A stretch of DNA of 64,000 nt, from assembly GCA_030390025.1 (NCBI GenBank), contig CM059432.1, forward strand, positions 89,778,001 through 89,842,000, given 5' to 3'. Under the pieces are notes generated by a model. It ran no database searches. It saw nothing but the letters and a program-made list of their open reading frames with translations, and had not been told where the DNA came from. Within the stretch, counting starts at the first letter, position 1, and each line of letters opens with the position of its first letter. Shown here in pieces: positions 38,530 to 51,100 of the stretch. Source of the DNA: Squalus acanthias. Taxonomy: Eukaryota. The position numbers and the translations under genes were made by a program.

Positions 38530-39362
38530 GGGCTGGGTTTTCTCAATGGGGGCGCATTGGGAGCAGGACAGCTGGTTATCGGGTTTCAGTCCCGCCCCCA
38601 ACGACGTCCAGCCAACACACGCTATTTTCCCTTGATTGACCTTGTTAAGCCCGCCCTGCGGGCTTAGCCGGCCAATTAAGGGAAAGCCGGTGACAGAGGA
38701 CATCAGCGTATGACGTTTCATCTGTCAAAAATTTTTGACAGGTGAATTGTCAGCGTTTGACAGCTCTGAGAAGCTGTCAAACACTGACAATCTCTGTTCA
38801 AAGGTAAGCCCTTGGACTGAGGACTCACCAAACCTTTCTCCTTAGTGGAAAGCAGATGGCTCCTGCATCGGAGAATGCGGCAGCCATTCTGTCATCTCTG
38901 CCGTTGAGATGAGGCACCTCCGGATCCCCAAGGGTTGAAGCCTGCAGGAAGAAGCAAAGGTAAGTAAACTTTTTCTAACACTTTGCACTCACCTCTCATA
39001 CATACCTCTCCACACTTGCACCCATCACTCACCTCCACAGTGCACTTTTCGACCCCTCCGACCCCCGCAGACCCACTGCTCGCCTCGGTGACCCTGGCGA
39101 GGTTTGCAGCTGTCGGGAAGCCCGCACTTGTGTGGGTAAAATGGGGATAAGCCTCTTAACTGCCTGTTAACTACTTGTTAACAGGCAGTTAAGTGGCTGT
39201 AATCCCCTTCCTGCCTCGAGGAGACGGGTCCCTGCGCGAGTCGGGGACCCGCCTCCCGGGAAGATGGCACAGAGGCGGGTTGGTACCCGCTCCCAGTTTC
39301 TGCCATTTTCCCGGCAGTCCCGCCTCCATACCCGCCTCCCCAGGGCTGCCAAAATTCCCCCC
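38530..39362. mobile_element. Harbinger-type MITE
   Basis: Ends GGGCTGGGTTTT / AAAATTCCCCCC. The first ~200 bp are homologous to the reverse complement of 47230-47409 (CTTGTTAAGCCCGCCC...GCCAATT). Confidence 0.7.
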
Positions 39363-39895
39363 TTCCTTACATAGGTCTCAACATGGGGGCAGGGGAATAA
39401 CAAGAGTCAAAACTGTTCCACCCATTTTGGTACCCATGTCTTACCTTCACTTGGAGCAAGTTCCTTGCCAATTTGTAGCCACTTGCAGCAAGTTAAATCA
39501 GTTGATTCAAGTTTCCCATATTCCAAGGAGATCCTCCATGGCTGCCCAGAGCATGGGAAATGTGAACTTTCCAAGTCAAGTTGTTGCAAATGTGAACAAG
39601 CCATCTACCAGCCAGCCAGTTCCTTCAATGAGAAGACTGCGGCCGAGAGAATGGCAATTAAGGTCTCTTTGCCAGAACTTGCATGCAATATTAGTTAACA
39701 TGTCCATATTAGCAACTGAGTCCGATAAATCAGTATATTCCAATGTCTGTTGTTTCCAGGAAACCAAGTAACTGAAGGCTTCCTAGAAGCACAGAAAATT
39801 TGAATCCACTGATTTTCAAGTAATTACTCATGCTACAGTTGTACATCTTGACTAGAAACATGCCATGGAAGACTTCAAAAACTTTTGGATATGAT

Positions 39896-40175
39896 GGGCT
39901 GGATTTTGTCTTGGGGTCGGGTTGGGGTCGTGTAATCCACATTTCGTGTTTCCCCCACCCGACTCCAGATTAATGTGGATGCCTGATGCAATTTTCACTT
40001 AATTGGGCAATTGAGTTGGAGCATGTGGGAACCCATGAACTAATTAGTGTTTTCAGTCTGAAAGTCGCCTCTGATGATGTCATCATTGCTGACTGCCTAG
40101 TCTCAGAGACTGTTGGTGAGAGAGGACCTGCCTGGCTTTTGGTGTGAGTGGACCTGGATGCAAAAATGGGGGGGG

Positions 40176-40212
<37 letters not shown>

Positions 40213-40658
40213 TTTTTTTGCCAATCAAGTCCTCCCAGGCAGTCTCTGAAGACATTCAATGCAGCAGCATCAGAGGCGACGTTCAGACCTAATACTACTA
40301 CCTTCATCACATCTCCGTTGTAATAGTGGACCTGCAGCCGATAGTCAGCTATCCACTTGTGCTCCCGCCAGGTTTCACTGGAGTGTTTCACACCAGGCGT
40401 GCTTCACGTCAGAAGAGGGTTAAACTAGCTACAGCGTTTCAAAATGGCATTACAGAGCCAATTTAGAGCTTGTTAAGGGCTTTAATGGCCTCTCCCGCCT
40501 CTTGAAGGCGGGACGGAGTCGGGAACCCCGCGACTGATTCTGTCAAAATTGCGTGGAGGCGGGATGGAGTCGTGATGGGGTCGGAAACCCCGACTCCGCA
40601 AATTTAACCCCCCACACGCCTCCAAACCCGACTCCATGGGTCATTCAAAATCCAGCCC
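39896..40658 (-). mobile_element. Non-autonomous deletion derivative of the Harbinger A family (763 bp)
   Basis: Perfect TIRs GGGCTGGATTTTG / CAAAATCCAGCCC with perfect GAT TSD. The two arms are colinear with the two ends of 34201-38446 in inverted orientation. Internal (AG)n. Confidence 0.93.
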
Positions 40659-40689
40659 GATGAGTCTTATCATTGGAAATCAGGCAGGT

Positions 40690-41180
40690 GCAGGGGGAAA
40701 AGACTCAGATGAATGCCTAAAACAGGCATTAGGCCCCAGAAGTATGTTAATGAGGGGTCTAACGTCGATTGCTGGACCCCAATACAAAATTTGTTACCAA
40801 TGAGCAGGGCAGGCGTTGGGCTCAGGATTCTTCAGCAGTCCCTGCGGCCACTAACTAAAAGTAAGTTTGTAATTGTTTTTATATAAGCCTTTCTCTGGAG
40901 CTGGGAGGAGCGGGAGTGCACCCTCCATCTCCTCTCCCTTTCCGCCCCCCGAGTCCACAGTCCTTACGATTGCCCCCTCCCCACCTTGTCCAATCCAACT
41001 CCCCTCCCGGAACTTACCTGACAGCAGCTGCCGGTGGCTCGAAATTTATTTTCTCGTGGGATGAGCTACCTGTGGAGGCACGACAGGCAGCTCGTCCTAA
41101 AGATACAGAGGAGGTCCAAGGCCCAGCCTCAGGCCTCTCTGTTTGGCACTCTACAGACCAGTTCTGCTCCTCAATATTTC
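40690..41180. mobile_element. Decayed MITE
   Basis: Layout AAACAGGCATTAGGC, ATGTTAATGAG, AAAGTAAGT, C-rich core, ACTTACCTG is shared with 62870-63597. Confidence 0.55.
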
Positions 41181-41189
41181 ATGGAATCA

Positions 41190-41375
41190 GCATCTATGTT
41201 TTAGTTTTAAAAGAGAATTAGATAGTTATTTGAAAAAGAAGAATATTAATGAGTTTGGGGAGTGCATAGGAAGTGGATTAGACTAGATGGCTCATGTGGT
41301 GAGAAATACCAATGCAGACTTGATAGGCCAAATGGTTTGTTTCTGTGCTGTAACATTCCATGATTCTTATGTTCT
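41190..41375 (+). mobile_element. CR1 LINE 3' end fragment
   Basis: FKRELDSYLKKKNI-like end of ORF2, then GGCCAAATGG...TTCTGTGCTGTA and a TTCTTATG tail. Confidence 0.75.
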
Positions 41376-41850
41376 AACCTCAATTTAAAATATTTACCAA
41401 GAATTTAAAGAACACATTTCTTGTATAAACAATCCATTGTTAGACTCAAAGGTAAGAATAAGTGACATTCAGATTAATCACATCTATACTCATTACATAT
41501 TGTCCATTTATATGAATTACTATCGTACACTGTTAAAAGAAACCTTAGTTTGAAAAGAAACATTGACAATTCAGAGAAAGCTGATATGGAATTTATATCA
41601 TGTCCTGCTCAGAGCTGATCTGTGCACAGCCACAGTTTTCTTCAGCAAACGTGATTGGGATATTGAACCGAGGATCTACTTGGTACCCTGTGATTCAGAA
41701 TGCTGGAATGAATGACGTGTGCATTAAAAACAAACTCATATATGTCAAAAAGTTCAGAAAGTTCTGATTTGCAGTTGATGTTCACAATAATCTCTGAGCT
41801 ACAACGAATGACGCAAATTAGTTTTCTTCCTCGTGAGTAAGTAGAGGATA

Positions 41851-41988
41851 TCTCACTGATGATGAGTTACGGCCATTCTTTCATGAGTGTGAAAGACCCA
41901 TAACTCACCAACATCGCAGACATGAGTGAGTTATGATGCTGTTTCACACAAGTGAAAGAATGTCTGGAACTCACCATCACTGGTGAGA
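41851..41988. repeat. ~140-bp imperfect palindrome
   Basis: Paired blocks TCTCAC/GTGAGA, TGATGATGAGTT/AACTCACCATCA, CATTCTTTCA/TGAAAGAATG, GTGTGAAA/TTTCACAC and CATAACTCAC/GTGAGTTATG. Confidence 0.85.
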
Positions 41989-42130
41989 AGGTCTGCTTGT
42001 TATACCATGCAAACCTTGCAACGGAAATAATACTACATGTTTTCGTATATGCTTAGAACCAAGCTAAGAGGTTCTTACTTTATCCCATTGCTAATGGTAT
42101 CTACTCCAGAGTCTCCTTTACAGTATCAAT

Positions 42131-42814
42131 GGGGGGAATTCTAACATGGGGGAGCGGGTGGAATTGGGTGCAGGTGAGGGGTTAAATAGGCAAAAACTGG
42201 ATGTGTGTCAGGAAGCATTTTAAATATGTTAATGAGGCTGGAAGCCTCTGATTTAACCTGCTTTGCAGCTTTTATTGTGGCAGGCCGGGTTCCCCGGGCC
42301 TCGGAAAATCCGGCAGCTGCAGCGAGGCGAGGACAGCCTCGGGGAGCACTCCTTGTGGGCCAGGAAGAACAGGGGATCGGACCACCCCCGAGGTCAGGGA
42401 TCGGACACTCCCCAGTATCGGGGATCGGACCCCCCCCCCACCGGGATTGGGAATCGGATCCCCCCTGGGATCAGACCACCACCCCCCCGGGTCAGGGATC
42501 AGACCCCTTGGGATCACACCCCCTCTCCCGGGGTCAGGGATAGGACGCTCTTTGGGATCAGACCCCCCTCCAGGGTCGGGGATGGGTTTACCTAGTCCTA
42601 TGGCCTCTTCTCCAGCGTTCCCCACCCGACTGGAATCCAATCCTGTCAATCAGGCTGACTTCCGGGCGGGGAAACTGTCAATGATGAAAGATGCACGCTG
42701 TGGAGTTAAATCTCCACAGTGTGGGGGGAAAACTCAGATTTCCGGGATTCTCGCGCACTACCGGGACCCCCCGTTCCCCCGCTCCCAGCGTGTCAAAATG
42801 TTAAAATTCTTTCC
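42131..42814. mobile_element. Harbinger-type MITE with GGGATCGGACCCCC repeats
   Basis: Imperfect TIRs GGGGGGAATTCTAACAT / ATGTTAAAATTCTTTCC with flanks AAT/TAT. Confidence 0.78.
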
Positions 42815-43906
42815 TATGAGTTACTAGCTAAGCAACTCTGTAAATTGGGAGAGATAGTACTGTCAATACAGAAATAAGAACCTCCTGGAGCTTATAGACT
42901 TATGACAAAACATAGTTGATTTTAGTACATTTTAACACCAGCTCCCCAGTCACTGCCATTTCTCACTGATCTCAATTAAAATAGTGTGTTGGCTTGGTTT
43001 TTATTGAAGTTCCTTGTGCTGTGTACAGTGTAAGCACTCCCATTTTGATTGTGACTGGGACACGCAGGAAATGCTCATGCGTGATACGGGATACTCAGAG
43101 CATGGACACCACATCTGACTGGGGGGAAGTAACATTCTGATTTATAACATGAAATATGACCTTTGACCTGCATTCCATGCTTAAAATCATCATAGTCTAC
43201 AGTGAAAATACGTACAACATGGAAATACAACTTTAGCTACACAAGTGGTTAATACCAAAATTCACAATCAATCAAGATGTGAGTCATTTAAATAATCAAC
43301 TCATTTGATAAAAGCAATGGTGCATAATTTAATATGTAACATTCTCTTCATACAGTCAGGTTAAGTTCTATTTCATTAAAATATATTAATAACTGCCATA
43401 AAGAGGATTGTTCAAGGTATATTCCATCAGTGATACCTGGGAAAATCTAATCATTTTCCAGAACCATTACAAAAACAACGTTCAAAAATAATCAGGAAAT
43501 ATCACTTATGATGTTTTGTATGATGTTAAATAGGTTGCTGTTATATTATAAATACTGAGCTCATCGATATAGTGTAATGGGCATCTAGCAGACCCAAGTT
43601 ATACTGCTGGCTGCACATCTCATTCTGCCTAATAACAAAGGTGCCCTGCACATGATGTACAGTTCCACTCGCTGACAGGTTCCATTTTTAATGTCAAGCA
43701 AGATATGGGAGCATGGCCTCTCCTAACATTAGAAACATTAAAAGTGATGTTTACAATATTCAATGTACAATGGACAATTTGGAAACTTTCTAAATGCAGC
43801 TTTGGACCTAGCTGAATTTATAATGCATCCAGTACAAAGCCCAAACACGTGAGACCATCTTGTGGATTCAGGAGTTAAATTTTGTGTTGATGCATTAGGG
43901 TTAGGG

Positions 43907-43980
43907 TTATACTACCCATTTTCACTTTGATACAGAGTGGTTTGAAACCACTCTGCATCAAAGTGAAAATGGTAATATAA
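43907..43980. repeat. Near-perfect palindrome, 28-bp arms
   Basis: CCATTTTCACTTTGATACAGAGTGGTTT (43916-43943), a single G, then AAACCACTCTGCATCAAAGTGAAAATGG (43945-43972), with 1 mismatch. Confidence 0.92.
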
Positions 43981-44974
43981 CAGCACAGTAGGATTCACTG
44001 TGACATTGTAAACAAGATTTCCTTGTTTCAACACAATCTAAAGCTGGTTTTCGTGTCTAATTTCACTGCAGTATAGAATGTGCACAAATTGATGAAAAAT
44101 ATGATACTCATTTTTTCACCTCGTGGGTGAGACATTGTAGCTGACTCACGACTTTACCATTATTAGCACATACTCCTTAGTCATGGAATAAATTCCCTAT
44201 TGTGTATGCTGAATTCATGCAATGTGCATGGCTTTCTGAGCCATAAAGTAGCACTCCGATATTCCCCATTTGGAATATTATTAGTACTGTAATCTTTTCC
44301 TGAATAAATAGTCCCAATGGTCATTGATTATATGTGCAGATATGTGTATTTCCTTGCACTGATTTTCTCACCCAGGCGATTGCTGCTATCACAAAGCTGC
44401 TGATATCTTTATTAAAGCCAGTATTTTATTTAATTTTATTGATTTTATATTGAACTACTAGCTACAAAAAAAATCAACAGTGTAAACATAAGCCAACAGT
44501 GTAAACAGGTATAACATCAACATTAAAAACCATGATACAAATGTTTGATATAATCCCAACCATATCTATGCATACCCACCCTTCTATGATACCCAATCAA
44601 TGAATAAGGGGAAAACATGTTCAACTTTGTCCTTTGGAAGAGGGATTCAAATTCAACTCTGGACAGCAAGTGGAAGAGAGTCATTTCCCCTCCCCTACCC
44701 CAGACGCCCCCCTCCCCCCCACCCAACCAACCCCCCCACCCGCACAGTGGAGGAGATTTTCATACATAGCCCTGCAATCAAGGGTATTCCTCATCCGTTC
44801 CTGAACTGGTAGAGAACCAACTTACTCTCTTTTCAGAATGTTACTCTCTCCAGATTCATATTCTCAACAAAGTTCCACACAAATGGTTAGTAATTAAACT
44901 CAAAACTATTAAAATAATCCCTTGAAGTGGATAAGAAACTGCCTGAAGGAAACAATGAGCACTCGTTAGAGGAG

Positions 44975-47740
44975 TTATGTCAGAATGGGGGCTAAGTACC
45001 TAGTGGGGTACCTCAAGGCTTGGTACTGGGGCCACTACGGTTTCTAATTTACATAAATGACCTGGATTCAGGAATTCTATCCAAAGTGGACAACTTTGCA
45101 GGTGTTCCCAAACTAGGACGCAGTAGAATTAGAAGGAGAAGCTCAGAAATTTCCGAATAAGTTGGACAAAATATGTAAGTGGAAAGAACAACTGCGGATA
45201 AAATTTAATGCAGATAAGTGTAAAGAACTACACATAGGAATGAACAATAGATGACACGCATACTCCACGTATCTTGTTGAAATAGCCAAGTATGAAGGTT
45301 AAAGAGACCTAGGAGTCTTAGTAGACTATTACTAAATATGTCCAACCAATGAAGAGCAGCAATCAACAAAGCTATCATAATGTTGAAGTACATAGTCAAT
45401 AAAGTAGAATATAAGTCAGAGGAGGTAATGGTCAAACTATATAATGCTCTGGTCAGATCAGACCTTCAATACTGCATTCAGTTCTGGTTGCCAAGAAACA
45501 AGAGACAGGTTCAGGCACTAGAGGTAATGCAGAAATGAGCCACAAGGCTGATCCCCACAGTCAGGGGTTTGATTTTTGAGAAAAGACTGGAGAGTCATGT
45601 CTTGCAAAGGGGGTGTCTGAGACATAGGAGGGAATTTTTTGGCGGGGGGGGAGGGGGGTTAGCGGACGCGATCGGTGGTGGGTCAGGTGGGGGGAAAAAA
45701 ATGTTGACAGCAGGTCAGGACCCCACTGTCAACCCGCTGCCACGCGCCTTTACCAAATGTCAGGTCTGTCAATGCTGAGCAGACCCAACACACAGCGGCG
45801 GAGGAGGCAATTCAGGTCATTATGACTTTGTTAATAGACCATTAAGAACTATTTTGAGCTCACCTTAAGAGTTTATCAGGTCACCCACGGGGTCTACGCT
45901 GCTCAGGGATCATGTCAGGTAAGCAGGTTCGGGAGTTGAATGGCCATGGAATCATCTCATTACTTGGCAGCTACAAATGTGCTATAAAAGCTCCCATCTC
46001 ACAGCTGTTCACTTTACAAGCTCAGAAGCTGTTGCTTACTGCATTTGGAAGACAGACTGAGCTTTATGCAGGTTGCAAGTGTTTGGAGTAAACTCTCTAT
46101 CCAGTGTCACCTCATTGGAACAACCTCTCTCACCACTGATAAATCGCTTCTGTCATCTCAAATTCACCTGCCATCTATTACATCAGCATCAGTGCCGTTG
46201 AAACTATCTCACCTTGGTCCTCAGAATCCCACCATGATCAGCCCCAGCACCAGCAGCACCAGGCATACCAGCAGCACCAACAACAACACCAACCTTCTCC
46301 GCCATCAACTGATGCTGCACAGGACAGAGGGCATCAGCACCCGACCACATTGCTGCCAGGGAGGCCAGGGATGGCTTCACCATGGCCAGATTTACTTCAC
46401 TTGACGCTGTACACCCTGCCTGCCACATAATGCACCAGGTTGGCACCACCCCACACCAACACCATAAAGCATCCCTACAATTCCCAAGCCATTCCTTTCA
46501 CACTCATCACCATTGCGGGAGGTACTGTTATGTCTCACCATTCATTGCAACTCACTAAGCCACTTCCAAAGGTGCACACAGATCTGTCCAAGAAAGCAAC
46601 GTGTTCAAAATAAAGGTTTCAATGTTTGACAGCACATTAACAGAAATTTCACATGAACATTGGCTAAAACACACAAGTGCCTACCCTTGTGTGTTGTTAG
46701 TTGATATGATTGGACCAGGATGAGGGTGAATGTGAGGGGTGGCTAGTGAGATGGGGAAGTGACAATGTAGATAGAGAGGGATGGGTGGAGGTGCAAGGTA
46801 AGTTGGTTTGAGTAAGGATGTGCATGAGTAGGGTTGGGAAGGCAGAGTGATGGGGATGTGATGAGTGGCACAGCAGGATGAGATTGAGTGTGGCATTGCA
46901 GTAACGTTTCGTGATCTACTGAGATTATTGAAAGGTTTGCGCCACTGCAGCCTGGTCCTCCTGACGACATCCCTTCTTGTGTCCTCCTGTGCAATGTGCA
47001 ACCAAGCTGAGTTGGTCTCCTGGAGAGGTCTCTTCCGCCCATTGGAAGGGAAGAGAACCTCCCTGTGTGCTGTGACTCCCTCCATAAGCATATGGAGGGA
47101 GTCATGGGAGAGCCTGGGTACAGCCGTGCACCTCTGTGCAGTGCTTGTTGGTGTTTGCAGTACCTCAATGCTGGAGAACACTGACAGCACAACTGTCAAA
47201 GTAAATTTGTGCGTGGTCCATTTAAGGAAACCGGCTGATGACACGTCATCAAATGACGCCATCAGACCTGCTTCCTTCAATTGGCTGGCAAATGCGCTGG
47301 GCGGGCTTAACAAGCCCAATCAGGGGAAAGTCATTTTGGACAGCGGGCTGGAGCCAGCAGCGGGGCCAGGACCCGCCACAGACCCGCTGAGGTTGGTAAA
47401 ATCCAGCCCATAATCTTGTGAAGTTTTACAAAATTATTAAAGATATAGAAAAATTGAACCTGGAATATTACTTTAAATTAAACTGTGGGAGTATAACTAG
47501 GGGCAACAGGTTCAATCTAGTAAAAGATGAGTATTATTCATTAATTCTTCTTCAGACAAAAAGTGAGCAACATGGGGAATAAACTTCGAGAAAGAGTAGG
47601 GAAACAAATACCGGAATCGTGCAAGAAACAATTGGATGTTCCAATGGGGGTGGGGGGGAATGCCTTAGTGTTTCTCTGGATGGATGAATTAAGATGTGTC
47701 AAATGGCCTTTCCCAACTATAATTATCTTGTGATCTTGTG
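44975..47740 (+). mobile_element. Old CR1 LINE 3' portion, split by a Harbinger insertion
   Basis: Decayed RT motifs (SGVPQGLVLGP, IYINDLD, LYNALVR) to 45626, resuming at 47410 (YKIIKDIEK...TRGNRFNLVK) and running to a 3' UTR-like end. Confidence 0.8.
45627..47409. mobile_element. Internally deleted Harbinger (GGGCTGGATTTT-type terminus)
   Basis: Right end AAAATCCAGCCC, left end GGAGGGAATTTT, ATA TSD. Contains a Gln/His-rich transposase N-terminal remnant (+, ~46200-46340) and Myb exon 1 (-, VPRLSHDSLHMLMEGVTAHREVLFP...WRKPFNNLSR). Confidence 0.85.
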
Positions 47741-48640
47741 AACTATGTTCACACAATGACAGTAGGTAGGCATCTCTCTCAATGACTATCACTTAGCCAC
47801 TGACAGTGGGTCTAATAAAAAGTATCTTACAACCCTTGTCAATGACGATACCAGCTACCTTAGATATATGAGCCACTTCAATGATGGTGCACTCTTTGAG
47901 TTCACCCAAGCTTTCCAGTATGGTGCCTCGCTGAATCAAGCAAGTAGACTCGAACACCTAATGTAACAATAAACACGTGAGAGACTCATTACCTCTCCTA
48001 ATTTGTTAATCACTTGCAAATTAGTCCCACATTGAAATATCTGATTTTTACCACCTGCTCACTGCATTAGTGCTGCTTGCCCAAACAAAACAGGTGCTGC
48101 TGGGATTTTATTCTTTGCCCTTTGGGAGTTCCATGCAGTTATTCTGGATTGTTTGGGGCTTTTTGAATATTTGTATCTACACTATTCTTGGTGTATTACT
48201 TCCTGCTGGTGTTTGGTGCTTTTTATTTGCATTAAAATGATTCTTTTTCCCCAGTCCTTTTCCCGCAACAGTCTTGCTGGCAGCTGCTATTTCACTGGCA
48301 GCAAGCAAATTGGGAATTTCTTTGGACATTCCTATAATACTCCTACACTTGGAGAAGGAAGAGGAGTCTCTGTGACAATGGAAAAGCAGGTACAATCGCA
48401 CCCGATATTTTTGGTGCCCACTTGCCCTCATCCCAGGAGCTGAATGATCAGACCTGTGAATGTCCGAAGTGACCTGCTTTTATGGTTTATACTTTATGAG
48501 CAAAGCTGTCGTTGAGTTATGGAGTCTCCTTTATTATGACCTCCAGACAAATGGCTGTGAAGATCACCATAGCATTAAATTTTATGCTACTGGATTCTTC
48601 CAAGCCATCACCAGTGACATTTTCCAGATCAGTCAATCTT

Positions 48641-48815
48641 CACTAAAGCAGATTATTTGGTCATTATCACATGGCTGTTTTGGAACCTTGCTGTGCACAA
48701 ATTGGCTGTGGCATTTCCTACATTACAACAGTGACTACATTTCAAAAATACTTCAGTGGCTGAAAACCGCTTTGGTACATCCTGAGGTCCTGAAAGATCT
48801 TTATTCTTTCTTTCT
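48641..48815 (+). mobile_element. DeuSINE 3' fragment
   Basis: Matches 57128-57320 (CAGATTAT.TGGTCATTATCACAT...ACAGTGACTACA...CTTT tail). Confidence 0.88.
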
Positions 48816-49657
48816 GTACACTGACATATTAAACAAGTGACAGAATCTTTGTTTGCCGTGCAAAACACTTTCATCTCTTTCCCCACAGAAATATGGTAAC
48901 AGCACAAGAGGGCAGAGCATTTTTACCAGGCTAGTACCAAAATTACAGAGCTTCATTGATGGTCATCTGGACCCCTAACAGCAAAAGGTTTCCATTCTAT
49001 TTGTGTGCAGCTGGTTTCACATCGCAAGAACCAAATGATACAATTCAATGCACAATACCCTGGCAGTAGCCATGATGTTCTAATTTTGTATCATTCCATC
49101 ATTATTTGAAGGAACAGGTAGATTGGACCAAACGCTGCTAAGGGACTAAGGGGTAAAAATTCACTTGGTTGCGCCTCCCGTTAGCGCCTTAAGAGGGCGC
49201 TAATGGGGTGTTAAGCCGCTAACGCCCGGGCGCAGTGATGTTTGCGCCGCTCGAGAACTTAACTTGAGATTGTGCGGCGGCGCTAAAACTTACCGCTGCG
49301 ACCACCTGCGCGCGCAGATTATGACGTCATTCCATGGTGCAACGCCCTTGGAGCGCCCCGGAGCGGAAATTGAGTGGCGCCCCCTGCCTTACCGCCTGGC
49401 GCTTCCAACGACCGGAAGACTGGAACGCTATCAATCGGTGTGGGGCTGGGGGGGGGGCGCTATTTAAAGGGGGCCTCTTCCTGTCTTTTTCTGTGGTCGA
49501 CATTTATGCACCACTCGTTCTGAGAGAGAGAGAGAGATTCGGAGAGAGAGAGAGAGAGACTTCTACATTGACTCAACGCTTTGTGAGGTAGTTTTGCCTA
49601 TTCATCCTAACTTTGTTGCTACTTTAGTTGCTGTACCTCATTACTTTTCTGGCTGCA

Positions 49658-50806
49658 ATGATTGGGGGCGTCGTCCTGCTCCAGCTGAATCGGAGGATAC
49701 AGAGACGCAGACAGAGAGTGGCAATGATGGCCAGACGGAGGAGGGCCATCAGGCGCATGTACAGGAGAGCTTACCCTCCCAGGGTATATCGTGAACAGCT
49801 CTCCTACATCCATATGTCCGAGGAGCTGTGTTTGCGAAGGCTGCGATTCAGCAAGGAGGTGGTCACTGAGCTCTGCCACCTGCTGCAGCCAGATCTGCAG
49901 CCTCAGCTGAGGTCCAGGACGTCTCTGTCGGTGGCAGTGAAGGTCACAGTGGCTTTGAACTTCTACGCCACTGGCTCATTCCAAGCTGCTGTTGGGGACC
50001 TCGCCAATATCTCCCAGTTTGCGGTGCATCGCTGCATCCGGCAGGTCACCAATGCCCTCTTCAATAGGAGACGAGACTTCATCTCTTTCCCTATGACCCC
50101 AGACAAGCAGCGTGACCGTGCTCTGGGCTTTGCGAGGGTAGCGGGCTTCCCCATGGTGCAGGGCGCCATTGACTGCACGCATGTGGCTTTGCGTGCTCCG
50201 CGAGAGAATGCAGAGGAATTCCGGAACAGAAAGGGGTTCCATTCCTTGAATGTGCAGTTGGTCTGTGACCACAGACAGGTGATACTCGCTGTCAATGCCC
50301 ACTATCCGGGCAGCTGCCATGATGCTTTCATCCTGCGCCAGACTACTGTGGCAGAAGTTTTCGAGGCACCGCATCAGCCAGTTGGTTGGCTTCTGGGGGA
50401 CAAGGGGTACGCATTGAGCACCTGGCTGATGACACCGCTCCGTACGCCAAACACCCCTGCTGAGCTGCGGTACAATGAAAGCCATCAAGCAACCAGGAAC
50501 ATTATTGAGCGCACAATCGGCGTGCTGAAACAACGGTTCCGCTGTCTGGACCATTCCGGAGGAGCCCTGCAGTACTCGCCTGAGCAAGTTTCGAACTTCG
50601 TAGTCGTGTGCTGCATGTTGCACAACATGGCAATCCTCAGGACCCAGCCAATGCCACCAGGCCTTGTAGCACCACCAGAGGAGGAGGAGGAAGAGGAGGC
50701 AGAGGACGAGGACGATGATCATCAGCAGCACCAAGGCAGGAGGGCGGCCCACAATGGTCAAACTGCAAGGGCCGTCCGTCAACGACTAATAGCAAGCCGC
50801 TTCTAG
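49658..50806 (+). CDS. Harbinger (HARBI1-family) DDE transposase, 382 aa from first ATG, uninterrupted
   Basis: Motifs GAIDCTHV (D), [31 protein letters not shown] (D), RNIIERTIG (E), KQRFRCLD and CCMLHN. TATTTAAA element at ~49461 upstream. Confidence 0.95.
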   Translation: MIGGVVLLQLNRRIQRRRQRVAMMARRRRAIRRMYRRAYPPRVYREQLSYIHMSEELCLRRLRFSKEVVTELCHLLQPDLQPQLRSRTSLSVAVKVTVALNFYATGSFQAAVGDLANISQFAVHRCIRQVTNALFNRRRDFISFPMTPDKQRDRALGFARVAGFPMVQGAIDCTHVALRAPRENAEEFRNRKGFHSLNVQLVCDHRQVILAVNAHYPGSCHDAFILRQTTVAEVFEAPHQPVGWLLGDKGYALSTWLMTPLRTPNTPAELRYNESHQATRNIIERTIGVLKQRFRCLDHSGGALQYSPEQVSNFVVVCCMLHNMAILRTQPMPPGLVAPPEEEEEEEAEDEDDDHQQHQGRRAAHNGQTARAVRQRLIASRF

Positions 50807-51100
50807 GGCCCCTGCCATTGCTACAAACAGTAATCAACCCAGCACGCAACCCCTAAGCCGGCCAAAGCACCAATAATTCCAACCACCAGCCATGTATATT
50901 TTGAATACAGAAACTTATTTATTTTACAAACTCTGTGTGTGTCAATTCCTCATGACAAACTCATAGAAATAAACACAAAAAAACAGTCAATAACATAACT
51001 GGTTCTCACAACCTGGAGATAATGTCCAAAACACTAAACAAAAGTTGGACCATGAACCTCGGCCTTTAATAAAAAAATGACCAGCATTTTGTCACACCTC

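Noticed and set aside
39640..39830. Possible LINE endonuclease N-terminus (NVCCFQETK)
   Set aside because: A single short motif with stops nearby and no further domain support.
43895..43906. Interstitial telomeric repeat TTAGGGTTAGGG
   Set aside because: Only two units, compatible with chance.
49583..49627. 5' UTR intron upstream of transposase B (GT...CTAAC...TTTAG)
   Set aside because: Only 40-45 nt, shorter than typical vertebrate introns; unsupported without RNA data.
49976..50782. 268-aa antisense ORF over transposase B
   Set aside because: A shadow ORF of GC-rich coding sequence; not conserved at this length in transposase A.
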